From NCBI GenBank assembly GCA_013239625.1, contig MU053629.1:4119567-4183566 (forward strand): a DNA stretch of 64,000 nucleotides, written 5' to 3'. Position 1 is the first letter of the stretch. Each line of letters starts with the position of its first letter. This DNA comes from Lama guanicoe (taxonomy: Eukaryota). A program made the position numbers and the translations under genes. Below the pieces are notes generated by a model that made no database searches, was not told where the DNA came from, and worked only from the letters and a program-made list of their open reading frames with translations. This document shows, piece after piece, positions 23,664 through 37,226 of this stretch.

Positions 23664-26600
23664 TTGGACATAAGATCTTAATTGAGTTCCTGGCAGAGCT
23701 GGGAAAGGAATCTTAGTCCCTGACTCCTGGTTCATCAGGTCTTGGTTTCAGCAGAATGTTTCTCGGATGCCACCTCTAGTCCCAGAAGTGATGGCGTCAG
23801 TCCCAGGCAACACGGGAGTTATGTTTGGCTTCTGTCCATGGCTCTGGAATTGCGGTGCCTGGGCTGCATGGTCACGGGGATCCCTTGCTCTCTTTACCTG
23901 TGTTGGCGAGATGGGATGGAGCTTGGAGAGCCTGTGATGGCTACGCTGGAAGCCTGGAGGCCTCATCTGATCATCTTGCACTAGGACAGGGCCAGGAGAA
24001 GACCCAGAGACACCCTGAGAAATTCGGTTTCCTCAAACGAAATTCAATCAAAACCAATCTAAACCTGATAATGTGCCTCCCAGCCACTTGTGCTGAACTC
24101 AAAACAGCTTCTTTCTAGAGATTCTAATTGTAAAATCCTGGATGAATGCAAGGAAGCTGCACTTTTCTCCTCAGCCGGGAGTGGGGCAGGAGGGGAAGGG
24201 GCTTTGCTGTTGGCCTAAGAGCCTTCTTGCTCTGCCTCCTGGATCACCCAGTCTTGCCAGGGGGGCCTTGCACACAGCAGGTGCTCAGCCCCTGTCTTCA
24301 CATTGGATGAGGGTGCCCACTTCCCAGAAGAGGACTAAGTCCTAGCAGTACTGTGTGGGGCGTGGGCAGAGAGTCAGTGCCAACCCAGCACGCAGCACGC
24401 GTGCACACACACGCACACACACGCAGGGAGTGGGGGGGGGTCAACGTGTGTGGGCTCAGCAATCCTTAGTTCCAGCTTAAAGGGACGGCAGAATAAAAAC
24501 GTGTTGTTCCCTGTCATAATTAATATCCAAATTTCGAGTTTCCACACCTGGCCAGGTGTAGACAGACCCTGGATGTGGACTGCTTCTTGCGGACAAGTTT
24601 CCCACATTAGGATCAGCTTCAAGCCCTGAACCAAATGGCTGGAATGCTGGACCTGCCTGCCCACCCCCACCAACTTCAGTGAAGATGCAATTCCACAAAG
24701 GGATTTGAAAGTTCCTGACGCAGCCCCAGGCAGATGCATCATATGGGTAACACCTTCCTACTTCAGACCAGCCTCGATCTGCTTAAAAAATAACAACGGA
24801 GGCAAAAATATACTTAATGAAGGTGTAACACGCCACAAAACCGCGGCAAGTGGGGTTTGAGTTTGAGGGGGAGTGTATAATTGTGTGTGCTTTAGACATT
24901 AAGGTAACATGGCCTCACTTGGTAAAATTGGAGGGGGGGTGGGAGAAAACTGAAAATCTGAGGCCATGCTGGCCGGGAGTTCAGCTCCACCCTCGCCAGC
25001 TAAGTAAGCTTCCAGGATTGTTCGTGTGTATGTACACTTGCTTTTTTCATTCATTCAATCAAATGTTTATGGCGAGGCTGTTTGGGGCCAGGCGCTGTCC
25101 TGGACACTTGGTGACGCATCCGTTAATTAGGCAGATGAGTTCCTGCTCTGTTTATTCAAGTCAGTGGGAACAGAACTTGGATGTTCTGGCTCCCGAATTA
25201 AACTGCGTGCTACCCAAGGGCAGGAGGCCAGGGTCTCCTGTGGCATTTCTGCTACCCGTCGCCCTGAGCAGGCATGCCCGCAGCGGAGGCTCAGGCACTG
25301 AGCCCAGCAGGCTCACAGATACACGCGTTCTCTCCCACCCCCGCCTCTCCTACGCGCGCCTCTCCGGAGCCTCCTGGGTGGCCTTGGCAGGATCAGGCCC
25401 TGAGAACTGAGCTGACATCCACTTGAGGTGTTTTTCTCCCACAGTCATTTACATCCAGGGAGGGGATTCCCAGAGACCAGAGGATGCATCTCCATCAATC
25501 AATTAGAAGGTCGAAGTGAAAGATGCACAGAGGCTTGACCTGGAGGAACAGCAGCTCTGGGGCAGAGTGTAAAGAACGATTCCAAGGCAGGAAAGAACTC
25601 AGAAACCATTTGTGATGGGTAATGCGGAGGAGCATATCTGAGTCCTGTATTTGCGGTACCAAGGCCAGTCCAAGCCCTGTAAGTATGCAGGTGAGGAAAC
25701 TGAGACGGGGGGGCATAAGTCACATGCAAATTAAAGCAGGTCCCTTGATAGAACCAGACCCTCCATCCTCGCCAACCCTCCCTCTGACACTAATCAATTA
25801 GTCCTCCTGCCCCTTAACCAGTCTTCCACTTGGCCAGGCTTTAAGCACTTCAGAGGGGAGTCCTCCCCAAGTCACAGCCATCCTCTTCATCTGCGGGTGA
25901 GGTCAGTCCAGATCAAGAGCTGTGTATTATTCTGCCTCCTGCCCTGTGTTTCTTTCGGTCCCGTCATTTCCTAGTAATTATTTGAGGGCAGTAAAATGCA
26001 GTGGGCTGAGAGCAGCATCTATACCGGATTGTGGTCCAGGTTGCCTGGATTTTAGAAACTGGCGCCGTAAACCAATCTTACACCTTTCCATGCATACCCT
26101 GCAGACTGGCTTTCTGACCTCCCCTAACTCAGTGGCCAAATGAGCACAGGGCTGAGAGCCTGCAGTGTGAGTCAGAATGCCACGTTTTCGTTATGAGACC
26201 TTGGCTGCATCATTTAATCTTTCTGGGCCTCATCTAATTATTAATTCAGTTCATCCCCAGACATGTATTAAGCACCTTCAGTGGGCTCAGGCACAGATGC
26301 TGCGGATAGAAAAACAAGACAAGGTCCTTGACCTTCAAGAGTCTTCAAAGCTACAGTAATGGATCAGTTAGTAAATAGATAAACGTCCCAGGGGATTCTA
26401 GGTAGCAGCACAGAGCTCTGAGCAGGCTAGTCAGAGAAGGAAGGGCTTCATGAAGGGGGAGATGCTCAGACCTAGTCCTGGATGGGAGAAGCTTTCATCT
26501 AGTTGAAGGGGTGGGATGTGGATATTGAAGGGATGGAGAGGACACCGAAGGCAAGAAGGAGTGACATGAGGAAAGATACCGTGCCGTGAAAGAACCAGGA

Positions 26601-26709
26601 ATATTTGTGATGTGCCTGGAGAGAGGGTGTAATGTGCGAACTGCAAGAGAGATGAGGCCAGAGGGAGGCGGAGCCCCATCCCTTCTTCTCCGTGTGATGG
26701 ACTACAGAC

Positions 26710-27001
26710 CTGTGCTGTCCAGCTGGGTTGCCACTGGCCATGTGTGGCTATGAGCACCTCAGATGTGGCCAGTCCAAAATGAGATGTAAGTGTGAAACAC
26801 ACAACCGATTTCAAGGACTTTGCACAATAAAAGAATATAAGGTAGAGATCATTTTTATATTGATGGCACGTTGAAATGATAATATACTGGATATGCTGGG
26901 TTAAATCAATTACATTAACTGCACCTGTTGTTTTTTTTTTCCTTTTTTAACGTGGCCTCCTTTTATACGTCACTCTCATGTACTTCTGTTGGACATCACT
27001 G
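26710..27001. mobile_element. hAT-Charlie MITE, MER33-like
   Basis: Terminal inverted repeats ctgtgctgtcca...tggacatcactg; internal gccatgtgtggctatgagcac and tgaaatgataatat; 8-bp TSD-like ctacagac / ctgtagat. Confidence 0.85.
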
Positions 27002-27477
27002 CTGTAGATGGTGGCCAATCACTGAAAGCATCATTTACAGAGCAGGGGGATGTAGGTGCAATTTGTGCTTTAGAATACTCACTCTGGCATCAAGTTGAGA
27101 AGGAAGACAGTTAGAAACTTGTTGTAATACCTGGTGATGAGCAGGGATGGGGGCCTGAATTAACAGGGAGGCTAGGTGACAGGAAGTAGATCCTACAGGG
27201 TTTGGTGACAGATGGGACATAGGAGTGGAGGAAGGGAGGCGTTTCCGGGTTACTGGAGACAATGGTGACACCCGGGGAGGATGGAAGGCTGAGAAGGAGG
27301 TTCGTGGAGGAAGCCGATGAGCTCAGTTCTGAAATGAACTTGAGATGACTGTGGTCTCTAATTCCAGGCGACAGTGTGAGACTGGAGCTCAGGAGAGGAG
27401 TTTGGGTTGGATGTTTAGATTTGGGAGTCAGTTTATGAAGGTTAGGTGAGACTCAAGGGTGAATAAGATCACCCAGG

Positions 27478-27854
27478 CATCTGGAGAATGTCATTCTAAG
27501 TGAAGTAAGCCAGAAAGAGAAAAAAAAAAAAAAACCATGTGATATCACTCATATGCGGAATCTAAAAAAAAGGACACAAGTGAACTTATTTACAAAACAG
27601 AAACAGACTCACAGACATAGAAAACAAACTTATGGTTACTAGGGGGGAAAGAGGGGGGGAAGGGATAAATGGAGAGTTCAAGATTTGCAGATACTAACTA
27701 CTATATATAAAATAGCTTTATCGTGTAGTAACCTCTGATGAAAAAGAATATGAAAATGAATATATGCATGTATGTGGATGACTGAAACATTATGCTGTAC
27801 ACCAGAAACTGACACAACATTGTAAACTGATTGTACTTAAATAAAAAAAAAAAA
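27478..27854 (+). mobile_element. Lineage-specific LINE-1 3' UTR with poly(A)
   Basis: ctggagaatgtcattctaagtgaagtaagccagaaagag...aataaa poly(A); TSD aagatcacccagg (27465-27477) / aaggtcacccagg (27855-27867), 12/13. Confidence 0.93.
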
Positions 27855-28179
27855 AAGGTCACCCAGGGAGAGGATGTGGGAGAGAAGCCAAGTACCAGTA
27901 CCTGGCTCTCGGGAACACCAACACCTATGGGAGGGCAGGGGAGGAGGACTGAAGAAAAGGAACCTTACACTGCCTGCCAACAGCAACAGCCTGTGATTCC
28001 TCACCGGTGAGTCCTCTGCTCCAGGCTGGGGGTGCTTTCAGCAGATTACCCTTTAATTTCATTGGTTGATTTCAGAAGAAAACAAAAAAAGTTACAGTTA
28101 AAGCTGAAGCTCTCTGGTCCCCCTGAATGGAGCTTTTGATGACTAAGTGAGACAATAAGAAAAGATTCTGCCCCAGGTG

Positions 28180-28530
28180 CGATCTCACCTTATAAAGCTG
28201 GTGTGGTGAGGGTAAGTTGGTACAACAGCTTTTCAGGGGACCGTTTAGTAATGACATTGGAAGTGGCATTTCTCCTTCTAGGGACTTGGTCTAAGAAAAT
28301 AATCAGAGATGTCCACAAATGCACACGTACGAAAATGTTTAAAGTGGCACATCTAATTGTACCAAATAAAATTGGGAGCAACCTAAATGTCCTAAATGTC
28401 CAATTGTGGGAAACAGGCTTCATAAATTATGATAGATCCATGTGACTGAATTCAAACTAATGCAGTCAGCGTATATTTATTGACATAGAAAGGTGTTCAC
28501 AATAACGTTTAGTGAAAAGACAGGGGCCTG
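28180..28530 (+). mobile_element. Old L1 (L1ME-like) fragment
   Basis: tgtaagttggtacaac-like start, attgggagcaacctaaatgtcc, cataaattatgatagatccatg resemble degenerate L1 ORF2 end. Confidence 0.6.
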
Positions 28531-28761
28531 CAATGTGATTATCTCTAGTTACTGGTTGTCCAGAGCAGGCTGCCTGGCTGGTCTGAGCATGGCCATTCAC
28601 TGATGTCACCTCGCCGTGCCTCAGTGTCCCCGTCTGGAAAGGGGACAATGAGAACACCAACCACAGGCAGTTGTAGACCCAAAATGAGTTACTCTCATCC
28701 ACATGAAGTGCTGAGAACAGGTCCTAGCTCTGCTGAGACCTCAGTATGGGTGAGCCTGGAT

Positions 28762-29050
28762 CATTATTTTTAAGAACGTCTTTTGGAGCTCCAATCCACA
28801 TAGCATACAATTCACCCACATAAAAGTGTACGAGGGGTGTCGTATATTCAAAGATCTGTGCAACCACCCCCACAGTCAACTTTAGAACATTCTCATTCCC
28901 CCAGAGAAACTCTGTACCCACTGGAAGTCACTCCCAGCCCACCCCTCTCCCAGCCCCCAGCAACCAGTCATCTACATTCTGTCTCTCTAGATTGGCCTAT
29001 TCTGGGCAATTCACAGAAACGGAATCCAATAATCTGTGGTCTTTTCAACA
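28762..29050 (-). mobile_element. Old L1M 3' end
   Basis: catacaattcaccca...tgtgcaaccacc...tagaacattctcatt...cccagcccccagcaacca...ttctgtctctctagatt. Confidence 0.8.
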
Positions 29051-29980
29051 AAAACAACAATGACCCAACTCATCTATCTTTAAGCTGGTGTCCCTCCCTT
29101 TGGTCGGATTGAATTGCTCGGGAGAGGGACCGCTTTCCCTGTTTCTCTAATTTTCATTCCTTCAAAGTCTGAGTCAACCCCGGGAGGTTTGTTTCCAGAT
29201 GCTGGGTTTCATCGAAGGTGCAGAGTATTCCAGACGTGCGTGTTGTTTTGAGAGGCGAGGGTGCCGCTTCTCCCGTCACACGCCCAGGGTCTGAGTACAC
29301 AAAGCCACCAATTGCTGCCCCCTCCCGCCCCGCTGAGCACCAGCGACCCTCTCCGACCTGACCTGACAGTCCTGGCCACCCCTGCCTCGTTCCCTGCCAC
29401 CTGCCAGCACCCACACTCCTTACGGCTGGAGAGACCCGGCTCTGTTTTCACCTGACACATCGCTTTCTTTCTTTAAACTCTTTGTTTAAATTGAGGTATA
29501 GCTTTGATACATTTTTAGTGTAAAAATAACTTGCCAACATATTAAAAGTAATTTAAACGCATACAAACTCACTGCCCTCCTAGGACTGTATTTTCATTTC
29601 GACACACCACACGCTGGTGGCTGTCCATACGCATGTGTGCTTTTAAAAATAAGTGCAATTATAATAAACCAACAATTTTCCAACTACTGTTTTTTTAGGG
29701 CCACGTTGTAAACTGAACCCTGGCCTGAGGGAGATGCTGGGCCTGAGCCAAGGCCACATTTGTGACTCTTATTATCCCAGAAAATAGGAAAGGGAAAACA
29801 CAGTGGCCTCTATAAACATACATACATACAAGGTGCAAAGACAAAGACACAAAAACCCAGGAACCCAGGGAGAAAGTTCATACAACATGCACCCATTTCA
29901 CTGAAACATATGAGGCTGGACTCTGAAATAGTGCGATCTGAACCAGACATTTCAGAGGCATGGGCAGACAGAGATGCCTA

Positions 29981-30004
29981 ACACACACACACACACACAC
30001 ACAC
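29981..30004. repeat. (AC)12 microsatellite
   Basis: Read directly from the sequence. Confidence 0.95.
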
Positions 30005-30258
30005 GCACGTGCACTTGAATGTCAACAACACCTGTGTACACACAGAGAGTGACCAACACACCAGGACACACACAAATGGTATAATTAAGCACTCACTCAC
30101 ACACACATACACACATGAGTGCACGCACCACCATACACCTACCTGGATCCTCTCCTGGCCCCCAGCTCCCAGGCTTGCAAGTTCTGAACGCTAGGAAGGA
30201 GGTCCTGCAGGAGAACTCAAAACAGCTCTATGAACCCTGCCCTGGGCTCCAACCGCCC

Positions 30259-30336
30259 GCACACAGGCCCATCCTGTCCCCCCAGCACACAGGCCCATCC
30301 TGTCCCCCCAGCACACAGGCCCATCCTGTTCCCCCA
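30259..30336. repeat. 26-bp minisatellite, 3 copies (GCACACAGGCCCATCCTGTCCCCCCA)
   Basis: Units start at 30259, 30285 and 30311; one substitution in the third. Confidence 0.95.
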
Positions 30337-31114
30337 GCCCCAGCAGCGCTGGTGGGCCTCCATCTGCGCCTACCCCCAGGTCCAAGCCCCTGCCCCAGAT
30401 CGCCTGTGTCAGACCTGGTCTCTTGCAATACCTTCCTTGGACAGTATCTACACCCAGCTCCCTCTGTCACAGCCCCCTTCTCCGGGAGACAGTCTGTAAT
30501 CCACCCAGGAACCCTGCTGGGGGCCCACGCTGGGGGGGCGGTCTGGGGTCGGCAGTCCAGTTTGGACAACAGCAGCTGAAATTTCTGCGTCTCTGGTCCC
30601 TCTGTGAAGCAGCAATGATAGCAACCATTTTAGGGGGACTAAGAACTTCAAATGAGACCCTATCCTTGACGTCCTGGCCCAGAGCAGACCCGCAGATGGC
30701 GTTAGTCCCCCGGGTCCTCAGTTCCCTAAGCTGTCAGGTGGGGCAACATCTGAGCCCCTGTGTTCCCAGAGGGTGCCCCGAGGCAGGCACTGTTAGTCAT
30801 TTTGACTGCGTTCTACACAGTGAGCTGTCGCAGTCACTGGGTTGGAAGGTGCTAGAAAGCAAACGCTCTGTCTTTTGAGCAAACTAGGGAACAGTTACGA
30901 AGCTGACCGCCACGTGATGAGACGACGCACCATTGCCGCTTTGGAGCAGAGGGTGAGGTCAGCCTCTCCCTCAGTACCACCCAGTACTTCATCATTGCAG
31001 ATTCACGGGCTCATTTATTTATTCTGTCCCTCTAGCCTCCTCTCCAGTTCCCATATGCCCACCCTCAAACACCTGTTCTCTTGTGTTCAATGTGTATTTT
31101 CTCTCTCTCTCTCT

Positions 31115-31852
31115 CTCTTTTTTTTATTCTGGTAAAACACCGATAACATGATATTTACCATTTTAACCGCTTTTAAGCATACAGCTCTGTGGCATTAGGT
31201 ACATTCACGTAGTTGTACAATCATCACCGCTATCCATCCCCAGAATTTTTCATCTTCCGCATCTCAAACTCCATACCCATTAAACGCTATTTCCCCCTCC
31301 CTCCCCGAGCGCCTGGCAACCACCATTCCACTGTCTGACTCTGTGAACTTGACTCTGTCAGGTACCTCATATAAGTGGAATCATACTATACTTGTCCTTC
31401 TGTGACTGGCTTATTTCACTTAGCACAAGGTCTTCAAGGTTCATCCACGTTCTAGCAGCTGACAGGATTTCCTTCCTTTTGAAGGAAGGCTGAATAATGT
31501 TCTATTGGGTATATATACCATATTTTGTTTCTACATTCATCCGTCAACAGACACTAGAGTTACTTCCACCTTCTAGCTATCGAGAATAATGCTGCTACAA
31601 ACAGAGGTGTGCAAATATCTCAGTCCCTTTTTTGCTTCTTTCCGGTATATGCCTAGAAGTGGAATTCCTGGATTACGTGGTAATCCCATGTTTAATGTTT
31701 TTGAGAACCCACCCTACCATTTCCCACAGTACTGCATCACTTTACATTCCCACCAGCAATGTCCAAGTGTCCCAATTTCTCCACATCTTCAACCAGCACT
31801 TGCATTTTCTCTTTTTTTGTTAATAGCCATCCTAATGGGTGTGAAGTGGCTC
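31115..31852 (-). mobile_element. L1MA/MB-type LINE-1 3' end
   Basis: tttaccattttaacc...ggcattaggtacattcac...cctcatataagtggaatcata...tgactggcttatttcacttagca...tttacattcccaccagcaatg. Confidence 0.9.
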
Positions 31853-32235
31853 AATGTGTGTCTTTTTGTTTGCATAGCTTCTTTCAAAATGTATACAGTT
31901 GTTCTGTGTATATGTAATTTCTTACATAAGTAGCGTTGTTATTTATTTCATTCTCTGTGTTACTGTCTTCACTTGGAACTGCTTTTAAGATCCATCCACT
32001 GTTCTGGACAGGCAGAAATCCTTGTGCATGGCACTGTCTGGTGAGCACCAGTCATACCCTTGTGTATTGAAAACATACTTTGTGCTTGTGGAAAGCTGTC
32101 TACATGGGTTATTTGATTCCTTACAGCACTCCTAAGAGGCAGATGTTATTATTATGCCCCTTATATGAATGAGGAAACTGACACACAGAATTAAGGGACT
32201 TTCTCAAAGTTACAGAGCTGAAAACAGCAGACTAG

Positions 32236-32876
32236 TTTTTTTTTTAATTGAAGTACAGTCAATTACAATGTGTCAGTTTCTGGTGTACAGCACAATGTCC
32301 CAGTCATGCATATATATATATATATATATACATATATTCAGTTTCATATTTTTTTCATTAAAGGTTATTACAAGATATTGAACATAGTTTCCTGTGCTAC
32401 ACAGAAGAAACTTAAAATCTATTTATATACATAGTGGCTAACATTTGTAAATCTCAAACTCCCAAATTTATCCCTTCCCACGCCTTTTCCCTGGTAACCA
32501 TAAGATTGTTTACTTTGTGAGTCTGTTTTGTAGATGAGTTCATAGTGTCTTTTTTTTTAGATTCCACATATGAGTGATATCATATGGTATTTTTCTTTCT
32601 CCTTCTGGCTTACTTCACTTAGAATGATGATCTCTAGGTCCATCCATGTTGCTGCAAATGGCATTATTTTATTCTTTTTTATGGCTGAGTAGTATTCCAT
32701 TGTATAAATATACCACGACTTCTTTATCCAGTCATCTGTCAATGGACATTTGGGTTGCTTCCATGTCTTGGCTGATGTAAATAGCGCTGCTATGAACACT
32801 GGGGTGCAAGTATCTTTTTGCATTAGAGTTCCCTCCGGATATATGCCCAGGAGTGGGACTGCTGGATCATGTGGTT
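32236..32876 (-). mobile_element. 5'-truncated young LINE-1 inserted in a MIR
   Basis: ORF 32557..32823 [16 protein letters not shown]...WKQPKCP...EYYSAIKKNKIMPFAATWMDLEIIILSEVSQ is the L1 ORF2 end; agacta on both flanks; MIR (atgaggaaactgac) directly upstream. Confidence 0.93.
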
Positions 32877-35800
32877 AGACTAAATGTTTTAAGTCAGGTC
32901 TGTCTGGTGCCACAGGAGAGCTCACGTGTATAAGATGCTACAGAGAGCTGAAGAAAGTGGTCTGAGTGAAGACAGAGGCTCTCTCTCCGGTGAGGACACG
33001 CTGATGAAAGTCCCTGATGAGTCCTGATGAGATCCTGACTCTATCTCTACATTGCAACCACTTCCCTTTACCATGTCGTCACTTTATGTCTGTGTAAAAT
33101 GAAGACAGAACAGTTTTACTGCTCTTTCTAGATTCATCATTTACTGATTAAACACCCTTTACTAATGGAAAAATCATCAGAATTGAGGCAGTTGTTTATT
33201 CTTTCCCGTGTTCCACCTGGGAGCCATTCCAAAGACATGACAACCTTCTGGCAAGTCCGCTTGTGGGGCTCCTCCCCGACAGGACTGACTATTTCCAGGG
33301 AAACAGAGTCGCTGCCTCCAGCCCCATCCCGCCTCTCTTGAACTTTGCACTTACCGTGATGAAAAATTAACCGGGCCAATGTTTCCCTTCCGAGGACAAT
33401 CTCTGCAGAAGCCGGCGTGGCTGGGCCCCAGGAGACCAGGCGCCAGAACCGAGCTCCTCTCCATCCAGAGCCGCCCACCCACTCACCACCCAAAGTCAAG
33501 GGAGCAGACAGGGTCCTTGTGGCACCTGGAGGAATCCACTCCTCGGGCCTCCTCGCTGCTTTGTGAAACTGGGCTTATTTCCCCACTTCTTCTCATGGAG
33601 AAACTGAGGCCAGAGGAGAAAGAACCAGCCCAGAAATGGCCCTTGCTAGACTCACACGTGGGTCCCGCACTGTCTTCCTGCATGCCCCCGTCCCAGGGTG
33701 GCGGCATGTGAAGGAGGTGCGGGGAAGCCTGGTTCGGCCACACTGACTAGCTGCTGACGAGTTGCTTCCTCCCCTCAGGAAAATGCGAGGGCTGAAAACA
33801 CAAGGGGCCTTTCCCAGGCTGTGGTTCAGGGGCTGAGGCCCACGCCAGGCCCTCCCACTGCCTTCCATCCTCAGATCTCTCGTGGGCTTCTCACCATCAC
33901 AGTGCAAACTGCACTTTCCCAGGCACGGCTCCTGCCCTTGTGAAATGAGGGGCACACGCTGGAGAAGAACAACTTTAATGCTCTTCCTAGAGTCACCGCT
34001 CTTCACAGTAACAACTGTGTGCTCCTTTCTTCCAGTGCAGAGAACAGATGCTCAGTGAGGTGAAGGGAGGGAGAGAGCCAGGATCGAAAGCCAGGTGAAG
34101 CCTGAGGTCCTTTTACTTGATCTGACTGCCTCTCCGCAGTGGGATCAGCCCGATTTGACGTTCAGGTTAAAAGACGTGTTTTACTAGGATGACGGAAGGC
34201 AAGGGCCCCTTTCTCACAGGCACGTACCTGCTACCCCTTGGCACTACGCTAGGCTGTGAGCTCCTTAGGTTAGGGACCCTTGTCTTTCATTTCATTCCCA
34301 GAAAAGAGGAGGATGGCAACACGGCGATGCTCCACAAATGGGAATGTAACAGGACTGTGCCCCTCCCCCACAGGGCTCTTCCCACATTAGCAGCGGCCCC
34401 AGGGGAAGGTTCTGCTCCTTTATAGCACTTGACTGTTTGCAAAGCTTTTCACATCGGATTCCCACAGTTGCCCTAGGAGGTTGAGAGGAAAGCCATCTCT
34501 AGCCCCATTTTACAGGTGAGCAAACATTTCTTGAAGTATCCCAAGACGGCAGCTGTGTAAAGAACTTTTGTTTTGCAAAGAGTTCCACCAAGGATATTAT
34601 CTTCAACTCTATAAGGCAGCCAGCTGGGTGCAGTGGCCAGAAGATGGACTGAGGCCTCACAGAGCTTTGGGTTCAAATCCCATCTCTGCTGCCAGGGCTC
34701 TTAAGTAAGGGTTATCAACTGCCTCATCTGTAAATGGGAGGCATAGGGATGCCTAGGGCCTCAAGAGTCATCGTGAAGTTGGAATCGGGGGCAGCACTTG
34801 AAGAAAGTCATCAATAAATGTTAATTGCCTTCCTCCCTTCTCTTTTTCCAAGAGGGCTGGGAGGGAGGGACTGAAACAAGATGACAGGGGCTGCAGGTTA
34901 GCCCCAGGACCAGCCAGGAACGGGCACCAGGTTATTCGGCCCCAGTTGGGGTTCAGGGATTCTCTTTTTAAGGTTCCAGCAAGCAGGGAATTAGAAGGAG
35001 GGGAGGGTGAGGAGCGCAGCCCTCAGCCCCGGCAGCTGACAGGCTTGTGGGAGGCCCTTCTCTCCTACCAGACAGGGACCCCTGCAGCTTGTAGGCTGGC
35101 GTTGTGGATTAGGCCACACCTCACAGGGCTTTGTAACTCGCCACCCGCTAGAGGTTTTGGAGGTAACTTCTCACCACGGGAGTTTCCTGCTGTTAAAAAC
35201 AAACAAAGGCTAGAGGCCTGGTAGGGGAGGGGCAGGAGGAGAAAGGCCCCGGGGGCCTGGGGTAACTCCTGGAAGCAGCTTAGTGAGGGGTCTTTGCGCA
35301 GCTGCCCCAGAATGGTGCCGGTGGGGAGAAGAGCCCCAGAGCTCCCCCAGCACCCCGGTGTTTCTTTGCTCCCCAACAAAGCTCATTTGGAATACATAAG
35401 GTTTCCTGGTACTGCCCTTTCGTCCCACTTTTTGCGAGTTCAGTTTTGAAAACAAAGCTCTCTCTCCTTCTTTGTATTGGGTGTCAAATTTCGGATCTTT
35501 CTGTATCATAAAATTCGAAACACCCTGTAATGAAACTTTTCCTCCAAAGATAAATTCTAGGCGCCCCCATTCATTTCTTTCTGAACTCAACAGATGCCTC
35601 TGAGGCCCATTTTCTGTCGGGCACTTGATTCCCAAGGCCCCAGGGACCCCCTGGCTCCAGCTATTGTCCAGGGAGTCACTGGGGCCCCCAGATCTTCACT
35701 TCTGAGAGTCCCTTCCTACCCCTCCTTCGCACGATCTCGGAGATCTCAACCTGTGTGATCTCAGCGGTGCGAGAATAAAAACAGCCCTCGAGTCCCCGGC

Positions 35801-36205
35801 GCCGCCGAGGCCCCTGACCGGGATCGGCGCGCGCGCGTCCCAGTGCGCGCCCCGACTTCCTGGGCCTCCGCTTTCCGCGCGCCCTCTCTCTCGGACCGGG
35901 GTCCTGCGGCCGGGCGGCGCTCGTTCGTGCGAGTCTCGCCCTCTCGGGCCCGCCGCTCCAACTGAGCTTCCTGAGTGTGGGTTCCGAGAGCGGACGCCGT
36001 GGCCCGGGCCCGGCCCTCCCGCCTGGGGCCCCTCTCGCCGCTCCTTTCCCACGACTTCCTCCCGGCGCCCGCCGGACTTCGGGTCGGGGCCGCGCGGGGT
36101 CCTGCGCGCTCCAGCCTCGGCGGCCGCTGTCCCGGGTCGCCCACGTGGGCGTGCTCCGCGCCGGCCGGGGGGAAGGCCGGGCGCCCTCCCGGAGGCGGGG
36201 CGGGG

Positions 36206-36256
36206 NNNNNNNNNNNNNNNNNNNNNNNNNNNNNNNNNNNNNNNNNNNNNNNNNNN
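36206..36256. other. Assembly gap (51 N) in the G-rich promoter
   Basis: Run of n characters. Confidence 0.99.
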
Positions 36257-36257
36257 G

Positions 36258-37226
<969 letters not shown>

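Larger units (their letters stand above)
26240..27940 (-). mobile_element. LINE-2 remnant interrupted by a MER33-like MITE and an L1
   Basis: attcagttcatcc...atgtattaagcacc; agaatactcactctggc; ggagctcaggagaggag...tagatttgggagtca are L2 reverse-strand motifs. Confidence 0.75.

Noticed and set aside
30259..30336. Direct repeats considered as a CRISPR-like array
   Set aside because: Units are contiguous with no spacers, and the DNA is mammalian.
32990..33040. Three CTGATGA copies plus GTGAGGAC, resembling a hammerhead ribozyme core or snoRNA C/D boxes
   Set aside because: No stem II-GAAA-stem III arrangement in any permutation I could build, and no C/D spacing with a terminal stem; looks like a short degenerate tandem repeat.
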